Shown here: in pieces, positions 48,741 through 64,000 of the stretch
How the letters are laid out: every line of letters starts with the position of its first letter
Position numbering within the stretch: position 1 is the stretch's first letter
Assembly (NCBI RefSeq): GCF_009914755.1
Contig: NC_060926.1
DNA: 64,000 bases
Strand: one strand, 5' to 3'
From: the human T2T-CHM13v2.0 reference genome, Homo sapiens
Translations under genes and position numbers: made by a program
The notes under the pieces: generated by a model
The model's database searches: none
Told to the model about the DNA's origin: nothing
Seen by the model: the letters and a program-made list of their open reading frames with translations, nothing else

Positions 48741-49884
48741 AACACACACACATATACTTGCTCTAAGTGTTCTTTCTTGTCTGATCAGGCTGGTCTCCTC
48801 TTAGCAATGGCTCTTAAGATTTGCAGGCGGCTCTGTCTCTTCAGAGAGCCTATGCAGACCTTATCCCGTTTGACTGGCAGACTCTCCACCGCCCGTTTTT
48901 CGGGTTGCAGGTAGAGGCCTGCAAAGGTGGAATGACTTGTCCAAAGATCTAGAGTTCATGAAGAGCCAGGCTGGAACTGAGCGCTCTAAAGGCATTTGCT
49001 GTCCTCGCCTGCCCAGTGTCAGTTCCCCTTCTCATGGCGGCAGCCTGACTTTGCTGTGGGAACTACCGCAATACCCTCTCTGTTGTTTGAAATTTGTGGG
49101 CTCATGATTGGGCCTGAATAATGAGAGCACCCATTCTCCTTGACTGTCACAATTAGCTCAAGGATGGGCCGGTAACCCAGCCAGGCCAATGAGCCTCAAT
49201 CCCAAGGCTTTTGCAGGAACTGATGGAGGGGAAATTGTTCTCTGCCCACTGGGGTTGCTCAGCTGGGATGATATACACCCAGTCATTTTTGCCACTGTGG
49301 AGGGAAAGCCTGCCTGAGAATACAGTCAACCCAGAGGAAAGAGATCCAAGACTCTAATAGACACTGCCCTGGCAGCATGATTTGAGCTTTGCACATTTCA
49401 CTCAGCCATGCCAGAAGATAATTTATCCCTGCACTTCATGGTTTCATACCTCCTCTTTTTGTATTAACTCAGTGTGAGTTGGGTTCCTGCATCTTGAAGC
49501 CAAAAAGTCATTACTAACACAACCACAGCCTCTTTCTCTGTGATCAGTGTCTCTCTTTCTCCCAACATGCCACATGCATTCCCATCATCAACATCTTCAC
49601 TCCAGCTGATCTCCCCTGGCCTGTCCCACCATCCCTCCACCCCAGGCCAAGTCTTCTTCCTCTCTGTCCAGCCTTCCTTAGCTTCCGCGTCCTTCACTGC
49701 TCTGACCCCTTCTCAATTTCTGTACATGCTGGCACCACACAATTTCACACTTAATGCCACAGTTGTTGGCTCTTGTTTCCATATGTCGCTCTTGTCTCCA
49801 ATTAAATTTTAAGTTCTTCAAAATCAGAGATTGTGTCCCACCCTTCCACAGATCCTGAAGCAATGCTGGGAAATAGTAACTAAA

Positions 49885-50120
49885 TTTGTGTTGAGCACAT
49901 ACCGTAGGCCAGTCACAGCCCTAAGACCATTACATGCACTAATCATTAAATCCTCACAACAAACCTGTGAGGTAACTATGATCATTACCCCTATTTTACA
50001 GATGAGGAAAGCAAGGCATAAAAAGGTTAAGGAACTTCCTCAATTGGCTAGGAAGGGGTAGAATTAGGATTTTAACTCAGGCATTCTGGGCTCCAGAGCC
50101 CAGACTTAATTACTACACTA
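49885..50120 (-). mobile_element. MIR
   Basis: CCTATTTTACAGATGAGGAAAGCAAGGC core. Confidence 0.85.
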
Positions 50121-52339
50121 CACAGCTTCTTAATGCATCTTTGATAAATATCAATTGATTCAACATACAGAATTGCAGAGTTACACCAAACCTAAAGCAG
50201 TAGGTGGTAACCTCTAGGGAGTCACTCTGATCATCTGAAAGGTTTTGTACCCTTCTAGAAAGTGCATGTGCACACACACACACCACATGCACACCACACG
50301 CACCCCTGACAGAAAGAAGAGTGGTAACCAGAAGCCCTGATTCTGGGGCTGCTTTGCTATCTTCACCCTAAACTTCAGTCCTTTGTTATGATTAGGTATG
50401 GGGAAAAGTATGAGAAAGATGTTGTCTCCACTCTCCAAAAGTTTGACCTCAGAGTAAGGCTAGAAGCTGACATGAGCAGCAAACAAATTGGTTTTCAATG
50501 CCTCCTGCCTCCTTATTCTGTAGCATTCATGGGGCAGTGAGCATTCACCACGTCTGCCTGCCCAGCATCCACTTCCCTCACTCTCATGACAGTGCTTTGA
50601 TTTCCATTTGGGGGACCACCACTCCCCCATTGCATGCAACAATATTGGACAGTCAACCAACTGTCCACCCTCCTCTGGCCAAAGAGTAAGTACATGACCC
50701 ACATGAGCCAGCTGGACTCTGCCCTGGGAATTTGAGCAATACAAGGAGGAAATTCAGTTGGAGGCAATTCAAAGACTTAGAGCATGAGTGCCCATCTGCC
50801 ACACCAAACCCCTGAGCTCCTTTGCTTTCTTTCCTGTCCGAAACCTGATTCTTGAGCTTTCCCCTCAGTTCCACATGCTACCTGAGTTGGCTTTATAAAT
50901 GCCAACCTGGCGAGGCTGAATTACATTTCCCAGAATTCGCTTTCCTGTATGTTTCCAGTTAGGGTGGGCCATGTAGAAGCTCCTGGAGTGAGATTTGCAG
51001 GGTGGAAGTGAAGCAGCACCAGTTTTTGTAGCTTGCACACATTGTCACTTTCCGCTGGCTCACCGCGTCAGCAGGAGGCAGGGGCTGGGCCTGTAGCTGC
51101 TCTACCCTTCCCAGGATCCTCCTTCAGCTTTCCCGACTTCTGAGCCAGACAGGTCTGCTTAGCACTGTGATGAAGTATCCTGACTTCTGCAGGAGACCCA
51201 TGCCACCCAAATCAGAGGCACGGTTTCCGTCCCTCCTCATGGTCTCCAGCGGGTGGTTTCCAGCTTTTTCTTGTTCACCCCCACCTTACACCCATCTCCC
51301 TGGCCCAGCTGCCTGCCCTGTGGACTGCAAGCTTCAGCATCAGACCTGAGGGCAAGAGCCTTACAGAGACTGTGTCAGCAGCTCCCATGGGTAGGTAAGA
51401 TCAAATCCTGGTAAGAAATCCCTAGTGCTGATTCCTGTTACGGCTGCTTCCTGGAAGGCAGTGTCACGTGGAACCTCTAAATTGCAGCATTCAGAGCTCC
51501 AGGAAGGGAAAATTTCAAGTTAAATAGAATTCTATATACCATGTCTTTGGAACCTTCAGCCCTCAAGATTCCAACATCATGACCTCAGTTTCAACACCTT
51601 TGTCCTTAGTCCTCATGTCATGCCTTTGATGCTGCCTGTTGTCGAAGCAGTAGAAGCCTGCGATGCAATCACTCTCTTGTTAGGTGTGGTTCTCAGCATT
51701 ACAGGCATTTGTGCTTGCTTGAAGGTATATGCAGAAAAGAGACAGGGCAGATGTGACTTTGAAGGGCTTACTGAATCAAACCTCACCCTGAAAACCTTTG
51801 TGCTATTGAGGCTAAACCTGAGCTTTGGTATCTGACAGTTTCCAAGAATCAGTAAATAAGGGAGTTTTACATTCTTCATGGTTTCCATGAAATGGGAGCA
51901 AACAGATACATATATAAACATTAAAAAAAGTTTTCTTTACAACAAATAATGCGCTGAAAAATGCAGCCTATAATTTGTATTTGCTGTTTAGAAAGGAAGT
52001 CAAAGAGGTAAGATGGCTGAAATTGACACAAGTAATATTTCATAGTTTTAGAATTCTCAAAGCATGTGAAATAGGAAGAAGGAAGTTGTTGCCTAGAATC
52101 TTAGGAAACCATCACTGTTCAGTTATAATCACTGCCTCCTGAATCATTGAGGAGTCTTTTCTCCATATTTTTATTCGATTTTTGTTTTGTTGTCTTTCAA
52201 GGTAATATTGTATTTAGATACCAGATAGCCAAAAATGGAAACTTTTATCTCTGGGGGAAAAATGTTTAGAAAAATGTATTCAGTGTATCTAATATTGAAG
52301 TGAAATGCAGAAAAGATTTAATATTAAAAAAACACTATA

Positions 52340-52727
<388 letters not shown>

Positions 52728-52786
52728 TTAATGTTAAGAAAACAACTTTATATTAACTGAGTACATCCTCCTGATGAGAAGTACTA

Positions 52787-53194
<408 letters not shown>

Positions 53195-53527
53195 CTAAAT
53201 CTTCCTAAGAGTCCTCTTTCATATAAGTTATTCAGAGTCTATTTCTGTTGCTTGCAGCCAAAAAATTCCAAACTGTAGACACTGCATAATATATAAGAAA
53301 ATATTTGCAAATTATAAAGCACCACATACACGCATGTCCAATTACATTTGTTAGTATAGACCATGCTGGAAAGATGAAGTCTTGGATCAGACAGACAGAT
53401 TCAAAACCGAATTCTGCTGGGTAATATTTGCATGTCTTTGGACAAAGTTACTTACTTTCACTGAGCCTGTTTCCCCTCTGTAAAAATTTTTAGAAGTTAG
53501 CAGCTAGTAGTTAGGATTAGGTCTCTG

Positions 53528-53976
53528 CTGTGGTTTAGATATGGTTGGTTTGTCACCACCAAAGCTCATGTTGCAATTTGAGCCCCGATGTGGTGCTCTT
53601 GGGGCACGGGGTCTAGTGGGAAGTGTTTGGGTGATAGCGGTGGATCCCTCATAAATGGCTTGGTGCTGTTCTCCCAGTAGTGAGCTCTGTCTCTTGTGAG
53701 ACTGAATTAGTTCTCGTGGGGATGGATTCATTCCCGAGAGTGGGTTGTTATAAAGTCAGACGCCCTTCGGCTTTCCCTCTCTTCTCACATGTCTGCTTCC
53801 CCTCTGACGTTCTCCACCATCTTGTGAGGCAGCATGAGTGAGGGACCTCACCAGAAGCCGGGGCTGTGCCCTTGAACTTCTCAGCCTGCAGCACTGTGAG
53901 CTAAATAAGCGTCTTTCTTTTATAAATTACCCAGCCTCAGGTATTCTTTTATAGCATCACAAAATGTACGAAGACA
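53528..53976 (+). mobile_element. MSTB-like MaLR LTR
   Basis: TGCTGTGGTTTAGATATGG...ATAAATTACCCAGCCTCAGGTATTC. Confidence 0.88.
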
Positions 53977-54525
53977 TTCATTCATGAATACAAGGGAAAG
54001 CCCTAACCTCTTATTGGCTTAAACAAGAAACAAGTATTTTTGTCTATTGTCAAAGTCATCAAGGTAAACAGCCTAGGGCAGGTATGGTGGCTCCCAGATC
54101 ACCAGGGCCAGACTCCTTATGCTTTTGTTTTTACCCCCTCTGGACGACAGGCCCATCCTCATGCTCCACAGTGTCCACACCTTGCTGATAGGGAGACTGG
54201 GAGATACAGTCTTTATTATGTGCTGTGATTAAAATGGGCTCCTGTTGTTGAGGCGGGAGGGGAGAGTGGGCATGGGGAGGCAACCTGCTGCTCTGCTGCC
54301 GTGGAGACGGTAACAGGCTGTGGCGAGAGTGTGTGGAAATCCCTTCCCCCTCCTCCCCTTTCAGGCTCCTGTGCTCTTTCCCTGTTCTCCCCAGCACCCT
54401 TCCCAATGCCAACATTCACTGTGACAACAGTTTGTAATAGGACTTTCATCCTTAAGTCCAAGTAGCAAAATGGATGAAAAAAGTGCTCTGACGACCTCCA
54501 CTTATATACAAAAATGGTGAGGTTA

Positions 54526-55325
<800 letters not shown>

Positions 55326-56275
55326 ATATACTGCTTTCTTTAGCTTCCATAGCCTCAACCGAGAGCAAGAGAATAAGGCTTCTGACATTCTTCCTAGGAA
55401 GCTTTACGGAACAGATTGGAAAATTCACAACAAGCCCTAAGTGGCCCATAGTGGATTAGTGGGGACTGTGGCCGTCAGGACTCCCCCTTAGCTGAGGCTT
55501 CTGTGTCTTCTGTGTCTGCTTTCTTAGGGCCCTTTAGCCTGTGAGCTCTTAGGAATGCAGGAAGACCCTCTCTTTCCCCCTGGGTGGTAACAAAATTTCC
55601 CCTGGTCCATCATTCCTGAGCCCTAGTTCAGTCTGTGTGCGGCCAGGTCAGCGCTCAATAGGGTTCCAAACCTGTTGGCTGCAAGCACAGACTCCCTCTG
55701 AGTGTGAATGTTATCTCTCACCAGATGAGGGATGTGCTCAGCCCAGATCAAACACTTGTTTATCTACAGGGTGGTGAGAGCCAAAACTCTGCTTCTGTTT
55801 CTCCCTGGTGGTTTATTTGCTTACCCTTATCACCTCTGAGCAGTGGTGTTGTTTGCATAGAGTTCTCGGTTTCTGGCATGTTAAATTTAGAGGTACCCCA
55901 GGCTTCTCGGAGGGATCAGAGTGTTGAGCAACTCCTCAGGGAGGTGCAGGAGAATATCACTGGATGAGGGGTCAGGAGATGAGGGCCTGGGTCTGTCTTC
56001 AAATGCAGAAATTGAGTGCAGAGGTCTCAAAGGCCTCTTCTGGCACTGACGTTCTGACTGGCCATGAAAGCCTTGGGTGTCATAAAGAAGAAAAGTTGAA
56101 GACTTAAAAGGAGGAAGTGTGAGTGTCTTCAGCCTCCGGTGTGAGGGAGAACTGTGAGTCTCTTTTGACCACAGTTTATTTTGTGTTGCTTCTTTTAGCT
56201 GCATGGTCCATACGCCAAAGGTGGGCAGGTGGAGGGCTGCTACTCACTAACTTGGTAGTGCAGAAATGGCTTTTA

Positions 56276-56598
<323 letters not shown>

Positions 56599-57092
56599 AT
56601 TGGATCTGGTGCAAAGAAGATGGAGAGAAATTCTAGAATTCCTGCAGGAAGTTAAGTGATGGTATAAAGAAGTCCTTACTCTGAGAAATGCTTCGTTAAA
56701 ATCAGAATTTACAGAATAAACGGTTGGTAGGAGATAGAGGCATGTACTATTTACTTTACAAAATAATTCCTCACTTTATAAAAAGCCAAATATTTTCTCT
56801 TGGAAGTTAGCCTTGTGATGCTACCAGTAAGACTGAATCTATAATAAAGCTAATGATCCAACTTTTGGTTAAAAAACCCATTCTGTAAAAAGAAGCATAG
56901 GCATGCTATGCAGTGTTGTTATATACAAAGTGGGTTTTCTTCATAAACACAATCACATTTTTGGAAGACATTTCTGTAAGATAATGTCTTTCTCAAGGTC
57001 CAGTTTGGCTTGCGTGCCTCCTGGGAATTAAACAGGATAGATTTTTCCAGCTGCATTTGAAAGACAAATTCCGTTTCCTTGTGTTGAAAGGT

Positions 57093-57125
57093 CTGCAATG
57101 CCCACATCTCCCACAAGGGGGCAGC
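57093..57125 (+). promoter_or_regulatory. CTCF binding site (core plus upstream motif) in a CpG-enriched patch
   Basis: CCACAAGGGGGCAGC (57111-57125) preceded by CTGCAATGCCC (57093-57103). Confidence 0.7.
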
Positions 57126-58309
57126 GCACCACTGGGTCTTCAGGTACAAGGACGGCCTGGGATTCGGAACGTGCGGCTGAGGGGCCTCCTTCCCAGGGGA
57201 AGAAAATCCACTGAAAGTCGTGAAGAGGCGGACCTTATGTACCACGACATAATTGAATTTCATATCTCACGAACCCTGCGTATTTGCCAGAAACTTTCGG
57301 GCTGTTCTCATTCAGAAAAGGATGAAATCATTTTGTGTGTTGGATAGTCCTTAGACATTCCCAGAAAAAAAATTATTTTTCATGTATATATGCAAAGTGT
57401 ATCCAGCTAAATCACAAGCAAAAGTGACTTTAAGCAGGTACCAAGACACGCCGGATCATAAAGACACTGTTCTCCCTTCAAGTTCCTTTGGTGAGTTTAT
57501 GGACACGCATGAGGTAAGCTGCGCCGTTCATGTTCTACTGCGCGTGACTTTGTACTGCCCCTGAGTGGAAAAGGTATTTGGGATTCGAAAGAAGTTATTA
57601 TTAAGTACAAACAAATTCCCAAGAAAAGAAATGTAGTATGAAGATCAATTTGAGTGTGTAGGGGGAGTTTTCCTTTCCTGTTTTTGTACTGGGCTGGGCT
57701 TGCATTGGTGCACATAAAGGATAATAAAAGTAACTTAAAAAACCAAGGGATTCCATGGTGTCTGGTTTACAAGAGCTGATGGAGAAGATACAATTGCCAA
57801 AAGGGAGTATTGGGTGCCAAGACCCAGATCTGGCCTAAGGAAGCACGCATTGGTAGCGCCCTAGTTTTCACCTCATGGGAGGACGCAGCCAGGGAGGCCG
57901 TGCTTGACGGCTCTGTCAGGGCGGCAGAATCCAGTTACACCTCCCAACATCCATTTCCCTACTTCCTCAGGACCAGAACTCCCAAATGGTAGCCGGGTAT
58001 AACACTGCACACAATCAGGTTTATGCTTCTCGGTCTCACTGTGATAGGTGAGACCGAGACACAGGACCAAATCATCACCAATGGATACAAGCAAAAGTGC
58101 TCTTCAAAGTGCAAGATGTTCTTTTTCTTACTTTTCCTACTTTTCTGATGTCTGGAATGTGGATGTGATGGTTCAACTGGAACAGGCACACTGGATAATG
58201 CGTAATCTTTATTTTGGGTTTTCAGTTACCCGCAGCTGAACCTAACCCTAATCAACAACAATGCCTTCAAAAAACAGGCCAGAGGTTAAGATGGACTTTT
58301 TTTTCCTAA

Positions 58310-58965
<656 letters not shown>

Positions 58966-59773
58966 AGTGTTGTATAAAGGGTATTGCTGAGTGATCTGGT
59001 TTTAAGTTGGCTTAGGGATAGAGTTGGATCAGAACACCATAAGCAAAGTTCAGTTGTTAAAGAATCCTTCATAAAATTCCTCCACCATGACTGTATAAAT
59101 GCAGCTGTACTTGGTCACAGCCCTTTTACCTAGAATCTCATGCTTCAAGTTAAAAACACAAAGTCAAAATCCTGTTCCTTCATTCAAGCTTGATGTTTGA
59201 TGTAAAATATACAAAACCTATGGACAACTGCATTAATGGCCATGCACTGTGAGGATAATCTGCATCTGCTTTCACTGTGCTGTCCTGATTAATAACCATT
59301 TTTCTGGTTCTGGGGTTGAGGACAAGGGTTTAGCCTCTAGATCCCTACACAGTAACAAAGATTCACAGTTTTCATACTGCCATTTGTCCATCCTAGACCC
59401 AGTAGGGAAAATGGATGAGTAAAGAATTTCTCACCACTCCAGGCAATATGCAGGTACTTAGGGTGGAATAATAGAGGACATTGTCCTAGCAGCCCTGAGT
59501 CCTCAGCTGGTTGGACAATGCACAGGACTTCTGTTAGCAGGTCCTGATAAGTCTGAGTGCAGCATGGGCCCAGTGCCCCCAAGCTCTCAGAGCAGCATTA
59601 AGCCCCGTTTTATTGGGACTGCTGGGTATGGCCCTGAGAATGGCGCCTGGCAGTCTAGTCTCATCCAAAGCAGGGAGGTGGGGCTCCACAACACAGTGAG
59701 AGTGGCCAGACATTCGGAGATAGAGGTTTCCTGGGTAAGCATAACCAACCTGCCTTTTAAAAAAACATAGCTA

Positions 59774-60504
59774 GCAGATGCCAACGCCACCGGAAGCCCT
59801 GTACTACCAGCGTGGTCAACTCCACCGTGTTCTTAGAAATTGCCATCGACAGTGAGCCCTTGGGCCGCATCTCCATCAAGCTGTTTGCAGACAAGATTCC
59901 AAAGACAGCAGAAAACTTCTGTGCTCTGAGCACTGGAGAGAAAGGATTTGGGTATAAGGGTTCCTGCTTTCACACAATTATTCCAGGGTTTATGTGTCAG
60001 GGTGGTGACTTCACACGCCATAATGGCACTGGTCCATCTATGGGGAGAAATTTGATGACGAGAACTTCATCCTGAAGCATAAAGGTCCTGGCATCTTGTC
60101 CATAGCAAACGCTGGACCCAACACAGATGGTTCCCAGTTTTTCATCTGCACTGCCAAGACTGAGTGGTTGGATGGCAACCATGTAGTCTATGGCAAGGTG
60201 AAAGAAGGCATGAATATTGTGGAGGCCATGGAGCACTTTGGGTCCAGGAATGGCAAGACCAGCAAGATCACCATCGCTGACTGTGGACAACTCTAATCAG
60301 TTTGACTTGTGTTTTGTCTTAACCACCAGACCATTCCTTCTGTAGCTCAGGAGAGCACCCCTCCACCCCATTTGCTCGTAGTATCCTAGAATCTTTGTAC
60401 TCCCGCTGCAGTTCCATGCTTTCCTTATTCCCTTCCATGCCTAGCTGGATTGCAGAGTTAAGTTTATGATTATGAAATAAAAACTAAATAATAACAACAG
60501 CAAC
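59774..60504 (+). pseudogene. PPIA: Processed pseudogene of PPIA (cyclophilin A)
   Basis: Intronless CDS 59812-60296 ([31 protein letters not shown]; [15 protein letters not shown]). Start ATG>GTG, frameshifting deletion near 60033, AATAAA at 60476-60481, TSD AAAA(A/G)CATAGCTA (59761-59773, 60505-60517). Confidence 0.97.
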
Positions 60505-61477
60505 AAAAGCATAGCTAAAAGCCAATTGCCCACATATTTCTCAAACGAGCCATAGCGCCTGATTGCAGATTGCTGTTATAATCAGGTTGCACAACCCAGC
60601 TTCATATCCGAAGCCTGCATGTTTCACTTACTTTAGAGGACAGTCTGGTGGCCAAAGGAAAAAAGAAAAACTAATTACAAAGTAGCATTTCCCTGGAAGG
60701 TTCCAGGCCACCCCATAAGAATTATTCCAGAAATCCCTTACTAAAACACTCTATAATTTACCACCACACTTAGCGAAGTGCTGTAAGTTAAAGAATGGAA
60801 ACATATTTGCAGTAAAAATTGCACAATAGCCTAGAGCTTCAGGGTTCTGAGACGGTTGTTTTTTTTTAGGCTTCGCTAAGGTCTGGATGCATTATTTTAA
60901 ATACTGTCAACACCTGTCTCTAATTCCACTCTCACAGAAAGACTTCAAAACAATTACACAGAATCTCAGATAAATGGAGATGAACAAGGTTCTCATTTGG
61001 CAAACCTAGGCATTTTGGCACCTAAGGGTTCATCCCTCACTACATATGAATGATGCGCCATTTTGGTTTTTGCATCAGTTTGGTTTACATGGTCTAGTGC
61101 TGGAGAGCCTCATCATTTCTTGGCATACTGAAACACAAAGCCACGGATTAGGAGAGAGGAGAGTCCAATGACTCCTGGTCCAGGAGGCTACCTGTTTTTC
61201 ACAGGGCATCATTCTCTAGATTCAGGAGAGTAAACCCATTTTATCTCACTTGCCAGCAGTTGGTAGTGGCTCCTAGCAGAGTGTGATAAAGCTTCTGAGG
61301 CTCAGGAAGAATGAGTGGCATGATTGATTAGTCATGTCTGCAATAAATTAGGGGAAGGGAAGGGTGTACGTAGATGGGATAGGAGTATCTGCATTTGAAG
61401 CAATGTATTTCATCAATTCAAATGAGCACATCCTTCTGCCCATTTATGCATCTTTGAAATTAGGATGCATCTTATAA

Positions 61478-61874
<397 letters not shown>

Positions 61875-61929
61875 TAGCCAAGACCCCATCAAAAAGTAGA
61901 ATTTACTTCATCTCCACAGGGAATTTTAA

Positions 61930-62105
<176 letters not shown>

Positions 62106-62871
62106 CAAAGAAAAAGGAAGTAGAATGTATGTACTCTGCCCTTGCACTTGGGATAGGAGGTTGTGATTGCCTCAACTAATAGTGTGGCAAAGTGATTGCT
62201 AAGTAAATTATGAAGATAGGTCATTAAAAAAACAAGATAGCTTCTGCCTGGTCTTCTCTTGGGATGCTCACCCTTGGAACCTGGCCACCATGCTCAGGAA
62301 CCCTATGCCATGTGGCGAGCTCAGCCCTTGCTTCTCAGATCTGGTTGAGGTCCCAGCTAACAGCCAGCACCAACTTGCAAGCAATATGAGTGAGTGCCAT
62401 CTTGGAAGCAGGTCCACCAGCCTTTAGTAGAGCTGCCTGCCTCATGCTATATGGAGCATAGATGAGCCTTCCTTGCTGAACCCTGCCCAAATCATAGACT
62501 CCTAAGCAAAATAAATGATAGTTAGTGTTTAAGATATGAAGGTCTGCAGTGGTTTGTTATACAGCAATAGGGAACTGAAATAATCGTGGTCAGCCAGGCT
62601 GCAGTCTTGACAGTTGTCACTGCCTGCATGTATGTATACACAAAAACATGTTGAAGAAGTGTCAGTGAATTGAAAGAAAACCCTGAAGGCAATAGTGGAA
62701 CATGTTTTAAAGAAATGCTACATCACAAACACTTTTATGCACAAAGGACAATATTATAAGGAAAACCATGAACACTGATGGCTCTGAATTCAAAAAGTGA
62801 TTTAGAAGAATTAAACTCTGAATATGAAGGAATCTAAGGAATAGCATACCAAATTTATTTTGTATAAATTT

Positions 62872-63165
62872 TTCTTTAATTTTTTTATTTCCATAAGTTT
62901 GGGGGGAACAGGTGGTATTTGGTTACATGAGTAGGTTCTTTAGTGGTGATCTGTGAGATTTTGGTGCGCCCATCACCCGAGCAGTAAACACTGAACCTGA
63001 TTTGTAGTCTTTGATCCCTCACACCCTTCCCATCTTTCCCCGAGTCCCCAAAGCCCAGTGTGTCATTCTCATGCCTCTGCATCCTCATAGCTTAGCTCCC
63101 ACTTATGAGAACATACAATGTTTGGTTTTCCATTCCTGAGTTACCTTACCTAGAATAATAGTCTC
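62872..63165 (-). mobile_element. L1PB 3'-end fragment
   Basis: GGGGAACAGGTGGTATTTGGTTACATGAGTAGGTTCTTTAGTGGTGAT motif. Confidence 0.85.
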
Positions 63166-63533
63166 CTGTTTATGTGGTTCTTTTTAAGGATGCACACAAG
63201 TGATACACAATGGAAAAAAAACTATGTGTAAATAAAATTAAAAGAACACTCAATTAATATAAAGCAAATAGTGATAAAAAGAAAGGATTTTATCACAGTT
63301 TCATCATACCAGCCTAGCATCAGTGATATCAATGACATCTTAGATTTAATGAAATACAGGTGTTTATTGTTGTTGATTCTATTATATTACCAAATACAAG
63401 TGTCCTAGGAGAGATTTCCACAAATTTTCCATTTTTTTCTTTGCAAATTAAAAAAAAGTAGATATAAACTTTTTTAAAAGTTCAATTTAATTTTTACTTT
63501 CATAATTATATCCCATTGTTCTATAAAACATTG

Positions 63534-63847
63534 GGGCTGGGTGCGGTGACTCACGTCTGTAATCCCAACACTTTGGGAGGCTGAGGCGGGCGGATCACCT
63601 GAGGTCAGGAGTTCAAGACCAACCTGGCCAACATGGTGAAACCCTATCTCTACTAAAAATACAAAAATTAGCAGGACATGGTAGTGCATGCCTGTAATCC
63701 CAGCTACTCGGGAGACTGAGGCAGAAGCATTGCTTGAACCCGGGAGGCAGAGGTTGCAGGTGAGCCGAGATCATGACACTGCACTCCCGCCTGGGTGACA
63801 GAACAAGAAAAAAAAAAAATTTGCCTCAAAAAAAAAAAAAAAAAAAA
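63534..63847 (+). mobile_element. Alu (AluS-like)
   Basis: Full dimer, long A tail. Confidence 0.95.
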
Positions 63848-64000
63848 TTTGGAAACAACAACAAAAAAAAAGCTTAATTTTCTCAACGTAATATTCCAAA
63901 TAAGTGACTCTCCATGATCACCTGAAATCACATAAATTTTGCATATTATGAATGTTTTAGTTGGCTCCGTTTTCTTGAATGGCATAGCATCAGTGATATT

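Overview
Primate (human-like) genomic DNA with no intact protein-coding gene. Much of it is interspersed repeat: the 3' 4.5 kb of a dead L1PA, about 30 Alus, MaLR/ERV LTRs, MIRs, and hAT/TcMar fossils. There are two processed pseudogenes with target-site duplications (TSDs): SMIM30 (51430-53141, nested inside two LTRs and itself hit by two Alus) and PPIA (59774-60504). A CpG-enriched patch with a strong CTCF motif lies at about 57.1 kb. The main observation is that much of the unique sequence between about 8.3 and 38.5 kb reads as the exons of a large decayed multi-exon gene that I cannot name. Its sense strand runs minus, plus, minus, switching exactly where one Alu is split into two complementary pieces (14976-15015 and 30693-30960). 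This implies a ~15.7 kb inversion. Several predicted introns are only 41-58 nt long. Exon models were built by hand and repeat subfamily names come from memory of consensus sequences, so both need computational confirmation. Repeat boundaries are approximate unless a TSD is cited.
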